A stretch of DNA of 64,000 nt from Phoronis australis (Eukaryota > Animalia > Phoronida): the NCBI GenBank assembly GCA_002633005.1, contig NMRA01000259.1, forward strand, positions 151,723 through 215,722, written 5' to 3'. A program made the position numbers and the translations under genes. Below, one piece after another: positions 1 to 14,700 of this stretch; position 1 is the stretch's first letter, and each line of letters begins with the position of its first letter. The notes below the pieces were generated by a model, which did not search any database, was not told where the DNA came from, and was given only the letters and a program-made list of their open reading frames with translations.

Positions 1-3000
1 CGGAAATTTCACCACATAATTTGGCCAGGTGTCGCTAGTGAAAATGACGTAACGGCTTGTGTAAAAGACCACAGATTTCGTCCATTGAAATTATACGGAG
101 TTGGCGGTCCATGTACTACAGTCTATGATTTAACTTAAAGCAACGGAATATGTAACATGATCAATTCTTATTTGATGGAAATGCTCAAGATGAGATCTCA
201 AAAACGCTGTCGCCGATTTATAAAATATTTCGTCTTTGTTTTATGCAACTCTACATTTTTGCATGAAAATCGAGAAGTTTTAATTTTAATTACCACTCGT
301 ACAAAAGTGGAACATTCTAAAAACAACTTCAAATATCGCTTTTGAGAACAGCATAAGGCAAGTTTCGCACAAATCCAAACAACCATTTTTGAGATATGAT
401 GTTGCGACGTTAGCCAAATTTTGTCATCCTCTACATAGATGTAACCTTAATTCGCTGACAAGTGCAATAACTCCTACATTTATTTGGCATTTGTATGCAG
501 TCTGGACATGAGCTTTTGACGGAAATCACAACAGTCTCACGCACCACGTTGTAAGTGTCAATTACCTGGAAGTTTTGCACGTGCGTTTTTGCCTAAACGC
601 GGCTCCATTACGGATAGACTGTGTAAGTTAATTATTAAATACACTCTTTGAATTCCTTAACTTTCCAAGATAAACTTACATAAATGGTAAATAACCTTAG
701 TTAAAGAACAACACTTGCCGCTAAGATGGGTGACATTTTCATGACTAGATTCCTTACCAAGGGGTGTCTTTTCAATCAAATATATTACAGAAGGTAACCT
801 GTTTTGGTTTGGTACCTGTGGCGGATTGTACATGAAGCTAAATAACCGAAAATTTGAGGACACGCGCAAAATAGAAGCCCCAATTCGTCCCACAGACACT
901 ATGCAAAAGATGTGGTGAGCGGAGGTGCATTCCATAAAGCTAAAAAAGCCGAAGCTTAGGACCCCACACGAAATGGTGACGTTTTCTCGTCGTGACAGGT
1001 GTCCTCTAAAGTTGTGACAACCGAAAAGACAAGGATGAAAAATTATGGCGACCAGGGTGACTGAAAATTAGTGCCCCGCTTCATCGTCACATGGTCCCAC
1101 GAAAGTTGTGGCGACCAGAGCGCCAATTTGCATGTGTGGCGAAATGAGAGAATTTGCAAAGACAGGTCCGAGAATTTTTATAGCTTGGGGTCCCGAAAAA
1201 TTTAACCCAGCACTGACTGGGACTCTACAAATGTTCCGCTCTTGCATCAGAGCTCTTACGTAATGGTTTCATTTTTCATTGAGGTTTGTCTTGTTAAAAG
1301 TACTCAGCCAAATTTTTTAATTAAACCTACATAAAAATGAATTCAATGCTATATTTTACAATTACGCTATTTTAACTAAGATTTTTTTATTTATGACGTA
1401 CTGATTGCATGAGTGATTAGTCTCGGAGTCACGTGCGATTTTGTTCCAGGTACAGTGTAGATTACAGTTAACCCTACTTTTCAGAGCATCCGAGGTTATT
1501 ATTGACAAGAGAAGACAGTTGGAAACATCTAAAGATCAAAGGAAGTGAATCTCATGTGAAGAAAAAAGTGCTTTCGAGGACGGATCTCGTTTTTTGTCAG
1601 AATGCACAGTGTATGAAAATTTACGAGGTAAACCTGTTTTGCAGGTGATTAGGCAGCGTAAGGTTTTACTTCAGCTAGTAGCCAATGGTGGTGTGGCGTT
1701 GAGAATTGGTTTTGATTGGTAACAAGTTGAAATCAGATAATCGCATAGAAAATAAACGTTTTCTGTTTTCTAGTGTACATGTATATTCCTCGGCGTGTGC
1801 TTAGTTCCTCGTGAAGTCTTATACTTGCTTCGATATCTCCCGTATGTGCTTTAAAATTTCCTAGTTCGTGATCTGAAAGTCGTTGATTTGTTCTATAAAT
1901 GCCCCATCGGGAAACTGTCTTTTGCTTTTGGTAGCAAGGAATGACGTGGCACAAGATGGAGGACAGACGTAGTGTTGAGATTTTCGTAGCCCTGATTGGC
2001 TGGAATTTATTGCTTGATGGCATGTGTGAAATGTCCATTGCAACTTAGTTTGATATAAGCTTCTCAATAAAATATTACTTAGTGAGTTCAGTTGTGTTTA
2101 TATTGAACAATTACATGTTTACAATTTTTGCGTGTTTACAATATTCACATGATGTATTTAGAGAGGAATTCTTGAAGTATTTGGTATACATCCTACGAGC
2201 TATTCAGTATACTTTGATGGAAACTTTGATTGAAAAGGAAGTTAATAAATGGACGAAAGTAGCAAAATGATGCATTTTTGTGATTTCAGAAGGAAGGATT
2301 ACAGCTTTGTTTAACCTTAGTAACAGCAAGCCACGTTGACTCCCAAAATGAGTGTCATATGCTGGGACATATATCAAATATTAGAGTGTAATTACGGAAA
2401 ATGAACCTCTTTGGTTACCTTTGAAAACTTGGCAATGTCGTGACTTTCTGAGATATTCTGTGCATTTAACATTTCAAAGTCCGTTTTTTTGAAACGTTTA
2501 GCCGCTGAGCTATCAATTTACAAGCATATGCAACGCACGTGTCAACAGAATTTTTAAACCCAGTCAAATGGCGTTGACGAGTAGTTTTTCCACCACCAAT
2601 AGTGTACTAAAACGCCTTTTAGACAAAGACGAACAAATATTTTTACGAAACGGGAGGTCGATCCAGGCAAATCGATAGGTTTTAGTAGAAACGTCCAGTG
2701 GACATTTTTGCCCAATTCGCCAAATTGGGAGGGGGGCTCGTTGGAGCCCCCCGACCCCTCCCCTCCCCCCGGGTGCGCCCATGGATCTGGTGTTTTGAAT
2801 GAAGCATGGCGTGATCTGTGGATAGGTCCGAGGTTGGTATTGTGGATCTGTCACTGCGCGCAGCAATTCATATTCCTTACTTCGGCCAAGAGCCCATTTT
2901 GGTCATGTGTCATGGCTTAACGTGGTACACATATTAAAGAATATTTTATCGCAAAGAGGCAACTTTATTCCTGGTTTTAATTTTAACTGATTTCTCGCTT

Positions 3001-4702
3001 GTGGGGTAAGGTTTGCGCGTGTGGAAGTCTCCTCCGAAGACTCGTTTGCCGATCGTGAATGTAAAAACGCTTGTTCAAAGTACTTCCGACAAATATGCTT
3101 CGCGCACGTAGGCCTTCTTATTATATAACTATCGGATGGGAGTCTCCTAAGTTTCACGGAACTATATATTATAACTGCCCATTCGTGAACTATAAAATAC
3201 ATGGTCCTAGATCCATGGAACTTCAGCGTATTTCATAACATTTACAGTCGTTGAGTCGGAAGTATTCTACACCGTCATTACCAGCTCGGAAACAGCATGT
3301 AATTTGTGATAGTGAGCGCAGATCAAGACACACTTGTTTTGAAGTGATCAATCGGCTTGTTTTTTCAAAGTTGTTTTTAATGCGCTTATCCACGAGCCTC
3401 TGACGTATTCGCTATCTTGGCTATCTGGAATGTGGTTATCGACTGACTACAGAGGCTTGTGCGTCACACGTTTTATCTGAAAATTGCTGTAGGCCATTCA
3501 AACGTTTTGAACACGCTGCACGTCTATTCTAGGGGAGATGACTGTTTTATAAGCGTTTCGTCCAAGACATTTTATGCGCTATGGCATTCACTAGCTTAAT
3601 CGCGACACCTATTGCGGCGTGATGAAAGTGTAGATAACAGGATACTCAAAAACAACTCAAAGAATCTCTCTGAAGTTTATTACGTAACAATTATTAACGC
3701 TTGGCAAGAGTGATTGACGTGAACGAAGCCTTCGCGTGGCAATGTCACACGAATGCTCGGCGCGAAAAATTCAGAAATCCTGACTACAGGCCGAGGAGAC
3801 AACATATTGTTGCTGAATTTGATGCACGAGCAACGAACTATTGGGTTTCGATGTTATAACAATTCACGTCTACCACGGCAGAAAGACAGCGCCATGTGGT
3901 CAAAAATTCAAGATTTCCTACCTGTCATGTTAAGTTCATGACCAATCAGCTCCCAAATCTGTTAACCAAATGTCTTTGTAATGGGTGCACCGCTTGTCTT
4001 ACCAAATGAATGAGAGTTAGTCTATCTTTAAGAGAAGTGAACAAAATTGTTGCAGGTCAATTCGAAATTTATGGGTTGTGATTGATTCAAAAAGCTAAAC
4101 ATGCTGCTTTTGAATTTTCAGTCGCGCGACGTCGCTCTCGCCGCACCCGTGTAGAGACCACAGCAGAATTTAGTTGTTTCAACTGAACGTGAATGAAAAC
4201 ACGTCGCTCCCTCGCGTGCAGTCGGCTCATTCTTTTTATATCATGGCAAAGACGGTCTCTGAACACGGAGACAGATTTCACATGCAGCCATGGAAGCGCT
4301 GATATCACCTGTGAAAATGGAATGGGTTTGTGGGCGGCCTTCGAGTTACCGATAATTAAATGTATCATCACTTCAGGTTAGCACGTGCATGTATGTTCTT
4401 AACACCGTAAAAGTGGCAATCAAGTGAATCACAAATAGTCATACACACAAAAATTCGAGGAAATATTTCCTCGATTATGTTCCTCAGTCATTCACTCGTA
4501 TTTCAAATAGTCACTAAAACCGGCTTAGGAGATACTCGGCCGCCTCCGACATGAGGTTGCACCCGCAAGTGAATTGAAACATTTAACAACGATCTAGCCA
4601 GCAACAGCATGAAAGAATTAATATAATAATACAACCCACATTTGTTCCCGTGCATCTTCCCCGGGTGATCTCGCGCTACCAGTAAGAGTGGTTTTACAGT
4701 TT

Positions 4703-4966
4703 CATGCGCGCACCAAGCCTTTAGTTTGGGGGGGCTCGAATTTCTGACTAACTGGACCTTTTGCTAACAAAAAAAGCTGGAGGCCTTTAACAATTTTTAA
4801 AAAGGGTACCATCTTCAGAACTGTGAACTGTGCGTCTGCGCCTTTTTAGTGGGCTTTTGTCTCGTTTACTCGAAATTTTTGTTTCTTTGAGGCGGACCTT
4901 TTTGTCCATTTCGCCAAATGGGGGGCTCGTTTGAGCCCACCACGCCTCCCCCCGTGTGCACGCCTG
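4703..4966 (+). mobile_element. MITE with CATG/CAGG termini and imperfect 5-bp TSD
   Basis: catgcgcgcac...gtgcacgcctg, flanks agttt/agttc; its 3' part matches 2699-2783 and it is related to 22512-22710. Confidence 0.65.
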
Positions 4967-7509
4967 AGTTCATGGATAGGAAGACTGAACCATCACCGTT
5001 GGGCCGTATTCTGAAGCGCAGGGAGGAGGGTGGGGTCTTTGCAGGACATGGTGAAGACTCGAGTGAGCTTCGTGACTGATTCCTGAATTGCCTTGGAAAG
5101 ATATTACTCGTTGACTATGAGAGTGTAAATGAGCAAAACACCGACACAAATGCATAGAGTACTGTTTATTTTATTTTCAGGTCAGACCCTTGAACCATTA
5201 TGACCAGTGAATGGATTATACACCTTAGGTATAAGTAAACTGACGAAGTCGTATTTGCATGGCTAATGGCAAAACAGCAACACACCAGGTTTACTACAAA
5301 CTAGAGCTGAATTTTGGACACAGCTCACTAAATTAAATTAATCAGTCTGTCTATTCAGTAAATATATACCTCGATGTCTCAAAATCTCTGTTGACCCCGA
5401 TTCACGTCATACATGTACTTAGTTCTCCCGGATTTGACTAGAACCCAGCCCTCCCCTGCCAGGCAAAGGTGACAGATAACTTAGACTTTTGATTGTATGT
5501 TTACCTTGTCATTATGGACGACAAACTCTTAACGCGAGTTGTGTCGTCACACTCCAATCAACTGTGACGTGCACTGAGATTCCGGGAGCTCGATAAAAAT
5601 TTGGCCTGAAGCCAAACCCAAGGTATCTGTTGTTGCAAGGTGTTTATCAACCCTTAATTATACCTGCCTGAGGGTTCATATTGCGTCTAACCAAGTGCGT
5701 TTCTGTGCAAATCATTTCGACAAGTTCATTTAATCAAAATATCCGCAAAAAATACGTTGAGAGTCAACTACACTATATTCCATCCTATGAACACTGTAAG
5801 ATGGCGGGGAAAATGACCGACCGAAGCGTCGTGCCAATATAAATAGGCAAGAGCATGGAGTAAATAAGCCAATATATTTTAGAAACTAGGTTACCACATC
5901 ACCATCTCGAAAGCGGTTTTAGGAAGACAACACCATTTCCAATCCAGTAAATGTGACCCTTTGCAGAATGCCCACTAAGTGATTGACAATTAAGACACGT
6001 TAATCTGCCATTTATCAGAAACTCTTTATTATCTTATCAACTTTGACTCGCGCCCAGGTATAAATTAACCGAACATTTCTATTGCCAAGTTATTCAAAAA
6101 CAGAGAGAATGCTGTCCAAAACTGGATTGGCAGGTACGTCTTTGTGCACTGTAACATAATACTGAACTACTGAGAACTTTGGAAGTATTATCTCTTCTCT
6201 AGCTCTAACCTCTCATTTTTCAAATAATTAGATATTAATTTAATTCAAAAACACAATGTGCCCATTTTAGCAGTCTGTCCGGTTTTATCTTGGAATTTAT
6301 GGCCCCTGGACTCTCCGCTCACTTCCAATCATGCTTAGAGTAATTTTGGGAACTCAACTCACCATCTCGCACCATCATTCATACTCTCAAAAACCAAATA
6401 GCAGTACATATTGCAATTTTGTTTCTGTTTTTGTGCAATTTTTCAATTTGAGCTAATTCATCTCACAAAATCAATAGTTAGCGAACGTTCAAACGTTCTG
6501 ACATTTTTTTACCTTGGAAGTGATCGCATTTGGTCAGAGTTGTTAAATTTTAGTTGTATCTCAAATTTGGAGTTTCATCTGACTCTCACTTTTGCATTGG
6601 GCCAACACTCCATTCTAGAGCTACGAGGACTGGTACTGCGAATAGTTCACTTATCAGAACGGAGTAACGTTCACACATTCCGATAGGTTGATGTTGAAAA
6701 ATGTGTTATATATATTATCCTCTCTATTGAGAAATGTCGTTGTGGTCTGCCGTTGTTGTAACCACAGAAAATGACTATTAAATCGATGTGTTTCACACAG
6801 GTTTGAGGCTTTGCCACATCTAGAATTACATGGCTCATGGGTAAATAATACGAACTCTATCCTTTTCCGGCTAATTACTGTACGATATTAGTACGCCAGA
6901 CGTCCAAACCAAGGCATACACATTGATACCCAGACACTGTGTTGTGCGTGGCAGTGCCCACACACATACTCGGCCCCTTTCTTTCACCCTGACGAAAACT
7001 GTATGAACGAAATGAGAAGTGAGCCCAATTTCACCTAGAAAGTGCTACACATTGACCACAGGAACTTCGTACAGTGTCATGCTGTAACTATTTCAACACC
7101 ACCGAAAAATGAAGCTAGGCTCCGAAAAGGTTATCAAAAAACAAAATTGGCACTTTTCAGCCCAAAACCACCCTGCTAGTGTTCGACAGTAGCCAACACG
7201 AAGTTCTGAACGCAAATCGTTTGCAGATTCCCCAAATGTGGTCCAAAACTGCTGCCATCCAATCACATTTTTTTTTAGTTCTGGGTTGTTTGAGGGTTAC
7301 CTGAAATGACAGAACATTTCTCGGTTGCTGAAACAATGCGACAAGGAGCCGCCATTTTGAAGAAAAGTGTATATACAGTCGAAGTTGTAGATTTTTCTCA
7401 TTCTGGCCTGCACCAAGAGCTTAATTTATAGGCATTATAAATTGGCTGTGGCTTCATTCTAACTGTAGAGTCCCACATTTCACAGGGACAGTCTGCTGTA
7501 CAAATAATA

Positions 7510-7710
7510 TAGCCCAGTTGGCTGTTTGGTGTACCCACTTGGTACTTTATATGATATTTGCCCATTTGGCAGTTTGTACCCACTTGGTACTTGTTATTGA
7601 ATTTGCCGTTTTGCTCGACCCAGTTGGTAGGCAATCGGCCAATACCCATTTGGTACTATGCTAACCTGTGCCACTTAGCATCCGATACTCAATTGTACTT
7701 TGGGTATCGG
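7510..7710. repeat. Array of short acccacttgg/cccagttgg motifs, likely transposon subterminal repeats
   Basis: gtacccacttggtact occurs twice with 45-nt spacing, plus several ccca(g/t)ttgg units. Confidence 0.5.
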
Positions 7711-8737
7711 AAATGTGTGTGTTATCTCTTGTAATTAAGGAACCCATCTGGTTCCTTCTGTGAAATATTTATTTGTAGAGCTGTGACCCAACTTAAAATA
7801 GACATTATTCTTGTTGTTTTATTTGTCCCCAATAAGGTACAGTACGTTTGCTCAAGTCTTACAGTAACCACACCCTCCTCTACTATATTGGAATAATTGC
7901 CATTTAACTTTGGGCAAAATGTAAATTCTTTATGGCGTAAAATCATCCAATAATGGCTTTGTACGGAAAATTACGTTATAACGGGCGAGGATAGATTTGT
8001 ATGATAACTATGTAAGGTTCCATATATGCAACTGTATTGCTTTCGAAGCACATCAATATTTGCGTGAGTAGTACTTTCCGAACAGCTGCGCCATATTGAA
8101 ATTTGTGCGCCAACCAAACGCCAATCAGGTCTTAAGTGGGCTGGCTTTCAGCGCCACCTACTGATCTCCTGTAATGCTGAGGAGAGCTTTCAACGTTCTA
8201 GTATTTTAACACCTTTCCTGCTATAACAATGCAGGAAATTGAGGTGCACTAATTGCTCGCAAAAAGACAAACCTTTTGAAATAACTGTTGATGAAGGACA
8301 CCATTTTCCATCCATTCTCCCATTGTGGAAATCCGCGATGGCGAGTCAGTGGATGTGATTAATAAGTCGGGAGAATTTCGATCCCAGCCGATGTCAAAAA
8401 GCTAAAATTAATTAGTGAACTCAACCTAATCAAATAATGGGAGGGACTGAGTGACAGTAAGATTTATTCCTATGTCTTATGTTAATAAACCGTTGTGTAT
8501 TTATTGAATTTCTGTCCGCCAAATCTCAGTGAGGATCAAACGGAAGTTGCTTCCGCGCTCTCAGTGCTCTAAAGAGCACCAATATGAAAAGTCTGCTATT
8601 TGATTTCTCCGGGCTCGGTCTTTCACAACACTTTATCAGTTCGTCCCACGGGCAAAAATCACAGATTGAGACTTAAGGTGTAATTCAAAGTCCACTAGTA
8701 TTTCTACATAGAACTCAAGCTCATCACAATCAGTTCA

Positions 8738-11700
8738 ATGTCACCCAAGGTCATCGTGTTATCGCATTGTTCTTGTCAACCAATAGTGGTATTCCTGTTT
8801 GCCGTCGGCGCGCTGGTGGCTGGACACCCAAAGAAGCACGAAACAAAGGATGTCCCTCAAACTTTAGCGACAAAAACGCGTAAAAACTTGATGAAGTTGA
8901 AGGGTAAGTCAAACCTGATCTTCCCGACCTGCTACGAGTGCAAGAGGAGCGAGGAGCCAAGCGAGTGCGAGAAGACTATCACACAGTGTCTCCCTAACGA
9001 AGTAAGTGTTTTGGTTGGTTCTCGTCAGTTATTTCATTTACTCCTTCGGTTAAACTATTCAAGCATGTATTTCGAATTTCCCTTCCTGTTTACGTAAAGC
9101 TGGGAATGCTGCGCGCGCATACTAGAAGTTAATTTTGATCGATCGTGTTACGTTCGCATTCGTAATATTGTCTAAGATTACTTATATATGCCCATAAAAA
9201 AGCTAGAAATTAAGCATATGTGGCAACATGTGAAACAAATAAGGAAAATCAAGCATAAAAATGATTTTATTTTAAACACGTTCTGTAAAACACTTGTATA
9301 TTACATAATAGTTGGCGTTATCTTGTACTCAATTCAAGTTTAAATATTAAATCTAAAGTAAGCTTAATTACGATTGGTTGCCNNNNNNNNNNNNNNNNNN
9401 NNNNNNNNNNNNNNNNNNNNNNNNNNNNNNNNNNNNNNNNNNNNNNNNNNNNNNNNNNNNNNNNNNNNNNNNNNNNNNNNNNNNNNNNNNNNNNNNNNNN
9501 NNNNNNNNNNNNNNNNNNNNNNNNNNNNNNNNNNNNNNNNNNNNNNNNNNNNNNNNNNNNNNNNNNNNNNNNNNNNNNNNNNNNNNNNNNNNNNNNNNNN
9601 NNNNNNNNNNNNNNNNNNNNNNNNNNNNNNNNNNNNNNNNNNNNNNNNNNNNNNNNNNNNNNNNNNNNNNNNNNNNNNNNCTCCTCCCCTCTCCCCCTCC
9701 CCCTTCTCTCTCCAGCTTTACGAAGCCTCTCTAGTTCCCACAATTCATCACTTCGGACATGCGCTGGGGGAACCGTGAATTGATGAGCAAGGGTGACGGG
9801 AGCACCAACAGACGACGACAGTCATACAAGTACGGGCAAATGGATGCATGTTTTTATTAGTAATTTACCATTTTAGATATGTTCCACTCAATATGACCTA
9901 GTGAACGGAACAGTGGTTACAACGAAAGGGTGTTCAAACAAATGGGTACGTAAACTTAGAACTCTAAGGTTCTACCTGATGAGACCAGGGGCTTGTTTCA
10001 TGAAAGAGGCTTATGACAGAAATTTGGTCTTGCGCTCTAACTGTTTCTGAAAAGCAATGCAAACTCACTTTAGTAAACGAATACTGTATCTGGGCAAATA
10101 CTGTACGCGCAACTGCTTACTGAGAAAAGTTGATCAAATGATTTGCAGTCAATGGTGTGCCAATAGTTACACGAATAAACCTTTGTTTGGTACTTTTGAA
10201 AGGGGAGCGTAAAACAAAATTCTGTTTTTGGTCTTAGGGCACTTTTCATGAAACACGCCCTAGAAGTTCTAGACGCAGTAGTAAAATTTTAAAGTTTGCT
10301 TAAAAGGAATCCAGCACTGGGTTACTCATATTTGTGAAATGCCGCTGTTTCTAACCGCGGTGTGCATTTCCCAAACACTGGGGTATTTTCTGCAGATCTT
10401 CACTATATTTTTGTCATTCGACTACTTGTAATTCTTGTTTATTTAAGTTTGAAAATCATGAGCGTAAATTATCTATACTCGGTGCCGGTATTGGTGTAGC
10501 CTTGTTTACAAATTCTTACTTAATTAGTGAAATTACGTTGATTCATATTTCTGCACTTTATATATTGGAGCATGGATAAACATTCTTTTTCACTTTTCGA
10601 TGGTATTATTCTCCTTGTCGTGAATACTATAAACAGGACAAATGAGCAGTTTTGGACAAGTTTGCCGTGTCTTTAACATATGCGTTTAGAGGGTAAAGGC
10701 GAGGACGTCGAGGCAATAAAACCCAACAGAGAGACAATCGGCACTAAAATATATTAAAGTATCCCAACTTTCTTGTCGCCTCTGTCTTTTGTTAGTCATT
10801 AATGACCTTAATGTTTTTGACAGTCTAATTCTTTGAAACACTGTTGAACCGACAAGGACGATGCGTTAAGATGACTATAAACCAGCGTTTCGTCGAAGAA
10901 ACTTAGTTTTGATTTAGATCACAGTATCTTTCATGGGCGGCGCAACACTGAAAACGTAGGGCTACATGTATAGCCCACCCAGCCCCCTATGATGCGCCGC
11001 CCATGTCTTAACCTGTTTTTTACTTACATGACATGTGGTCCCTGTGCTTGAAAAATCTGACAGTTCGTTATTACTTGAGACTATGGTCAGAACAAACAAT
11101 GCAATCACGTGATAAAATTAACCAATAGAACATGATCTAAAGCAATATCAAATTGTCGGTTCTTCCCAAGCGTAGATATCTGCAGTAATTTAACCAAAGA
11201 ACAATTGGAGTCCAATGCCAAGGCCATAAGTGGTCAAAATTAAAATAATGTTGTTCATAGTCAATTTGAAATATATTTACGTCGCTTTGTTGCATTACTA
11301 TTTGTTATTACAGATTCAATTTTGGTTCAACGAGTTACGTGTTTTATGTTTTCGAATTTGCTTTAATTATAGACTTGTCTAAATCTTGAAAGCAACAATC
11401 CGGATGAGTGTTCCATTGGCCGCTTAGGTAGTCGCTGCAACTTCTGTTGCGATGGTAGTTTGTGCAACGTAAACTCCTCATCTGCAACAGGTGCCAAAAC
11501 AGGTTAGTTTAACGTTCATCGTTCTCCGATTCGTGGTGTTCAGTTGCTAATAGATGTAGGGCCCAGAAAGATATATTACCCCAACTGAAATCGACTAAAC
11601 CATCACCAACTACTGAAATTTGAACATCGTGATTCCTGCAGTAAAAGAGATGGTGCAAACTGCATAACACTGTAGTTAGTCACTGCAGTATGAAGCACAG

Positions 11701-14700
11701 ACGGTAAATTGAAAAATTCTTTTCAACCAACTGATCAGTTATTGCAACTACAACACTTTTTTCAACTCTCAATGTGGTTTCAGGTCTAATCACTCTACGG
11801 AGCTTGCAGTTATTGAAGTAACAGATTTTCTATTTACATTAAAGATCATGACAATGACTGCAACGATTTTCATGGACTTTTTAGAGCATTTGACCACATC
11901 GACCATTCAGTTTTATTAGATAAACTAATTTTCTATCGTGTTTCCAATGTGGAGTCTGAAGTGTCGCAGTGACTTTGAAATTACCAACAAAAATTGTCAT
12001 ACGAATGCTCTAACAACTGTTACCAATAACATTCTGAGTGAGGTGTGTGCTTGTCTGTGTGCAAATAAACTCTCTTTAAATGCAAGTAAATATAACATTA
12101 TGTTAAGAGATGAGCACCAAATGACCAAAAACTACAATATTTTCCAATGTCGTCTCTCCAGTAAATGTATTTGAATTCATTTGCATTTTCTAAGGGATGC
12201 TCTTAACTTTGGAACGTTTCAGTGAAATGTCTAACATAATTGCCGTGACCAGGGCATTGAATGTTGAAACACAAACTTCCCAACGGCAGGGTTCTTAGAC
12301 ATTTGTCTTCACAGCAAAATGGTCTTTTCATAAAAGTAGCAATTATATGACATATATTAATTGTGTGAACAGGTTAAAGCTCCTTGACAAAATAGTGCCA
12401 AGCACAAGCATTATTTCTCATTAACTGTTCCTTCCCTTCTATATTTGACCTAATAGCTTCGATTACTTCCCAAATATAGACATCTTACAACGTGGCCACC
12501 AATCACATGGTAATTTTTCACCACAATCTTGAGAGGCTATTTACGTGGTTTTAACTTTGTGTTCAGATAGGACTCGGAAAGGCTGAAGAAACAGTCAAAT
12601 GTCTTTACATGCCGTACCATATGACACGGCATATGCTGGCAGCGTGAATGACGTAGCGTGTAGTTGTCACATTCAACAAATAGTTAATGACAGATCCAAT
12701 GACGTCGCAAAGTAAACTTACCACGATGCAACCATAGAGATGCACTGGCATTCCTCTATCCCAGAAATGCGCTTTTAAAATATTGGCATTACAGTATGTG
12801 GCATGATCATAAATTTGTGCGACTTTTCCATCCATTCTCAAATTATAATTAAAATCAGCATTGAAAGCAGTTTAAGGTATGTGTAGCTACTAGTCGCCAT
12901 TGAACTTTTGGATTTCGCTGAACGAAGAGCTTCAACTGTAGCATTGTGTCTTGGCGACGACTCGTTTCTTTCATTACTAACATGAGGAGTAGGAAACGAT
13001 TCGGTGCTATCATCCCCTGGATCGACACTCTTGGTATTTAAAAGCGGAGATCTTTGAGGCTCGTTATTGTCCTCAATACTGGAATATTCCGAGAGACTTG
13101 TGCATGATATTGGAAACGGTAATATCCCGGATGGGCCACATTCGGTCACCATCACTGTCCGACCGTCTGGCCATGCATAACCGACAGTGCACATCCACTT
13201 TATCACATGACCAATACGGACTAAAACTTCTGATGAATTTCCAAGAAATGTCTCAACAGGCCAAAAATAAATCCCACTCTCATTTTCTATGATGGGCTTT
13301 CGTGCTGTGTGTCCTGAAGGGTTCCGAAGGTGCTGACGAAATCGTTCACTTTTACTCAGTGTCCTGTCGAAGTCATTAAACAAGTTAGTTTCAGTTGTAC
13401 CATACGCTACTTTAATGCCCATGTTAGAAGAATCCTTCATTTCACTTCCTGTTTTATTCGCTTCCAATAACGATGGAACTCTTCGACGTCTTCTTTGCCA
13501 TGATGTCTTCGTTGAAAACGAGTAATTCGTGAAGATCTTGGAAGATAGCGGCCAAGTCGTAACGGATGCATTGTTAGCATAGGGTCCCACTAAGTTCTCA
13601 TAAGATTCTGTGATTGTATCTGGCAGACGTGATGCTCTGTTGTATAATTTAAGTTTTTTCACTCTCCTCTCATCAGCTGGTGTGCCTGATATGTTTCGTG
13701 AGTTGTTGCGATTCTGTGAAAACTGGCCAACGTTTGCCTTATCTTGTTGATTTACGCCACGAGATATCAAAAACCGTCCATTGTACAAACCGAAATACCT
13801 CGCGTTCACTGGTAAAGAAACGTGACAGAGCGAGAGAATACAATCTCCTGGTAAACTCACGAAGTCACGAGAACACAACGTCGTGTAAGCTCTGTGTATT
13901 CCGTCAAACGTGAATCTCTTATCCGTGCATATGAAGGTCACACCTTGTCCAGACAACACCTCAGCTACAGTGTCTGGTAGTATTGTATTTCGCTGGCCAG
14001 TATGAGACACAAATGACGCCATGTAGTTTTTGAGAGATGGAAATGACACGTGGCATATTGGTATCAAGCAAGAAACGATTCCCAATGTCATTTGGTGTCC
14101 CGTGTCTTTACAAATAACTGTAAAATTTTTAGAAATTTTATTATCCCTAGCAAACCCTTTGCTGCACATATATATTACAATTGTGCCGATACGCAGTAGT
14201 TCCCCTTGCCTGTGCTCGATGGTGAACGCATTTGTTCCATTGGTAGCAACGCAAAACTTCTCTTCCATACATCCATTCACCGGGCCATGTAGCTTTGCCA
14301 GGTAACTTTCATCAGAGTTAACCATACCACAAACAAGATGGAACGACGTGTCGCCTTGAACTGTGCGAAAACCATGTTCACATAAATATGTAACAGTTTC
14401 TCCCCAGTGCACTACAGATTTCCGGTAAAGCGACCGAGCGTGTCGTCTGCCAACTACTGGGCACGTGATGGGATGGCACGCATTAATACCATAAAAAATT
14501 ACTAGTCCATCTTTATGGCACACGTTGTTGCATTTACGCTTAATTTTAAGCCCTGAAGAGCACGCCGTGGCATATAATCCTTCATTGCATGTATAACGAA
14601 CTGATTCATTTTTACGCAGTTGGAGAACAGATGCTGGCTTGCCCAGTTCTGGCGTCATGTCTATCCAGCTGCCGTTTGCGTATCGCTGTACTTGTCTATC

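Noticed and set aside
7510-7710. CRISPR-like spaced repeats
   Set aside because: Only short degenerate units with related spacers, no cas genes, animal genome context.
9318-9778. Long ORFs spanning N runs (also 57154-58052 and 47793-48032)
   Set aside because: Artefacts of translating through assembly gaps.
9975-10010. CTGATGAG...GAAA hammerhead-like string
   Set aside because: No helix II; the GAAA belongs to the TIR of the MITE starting at 9989.
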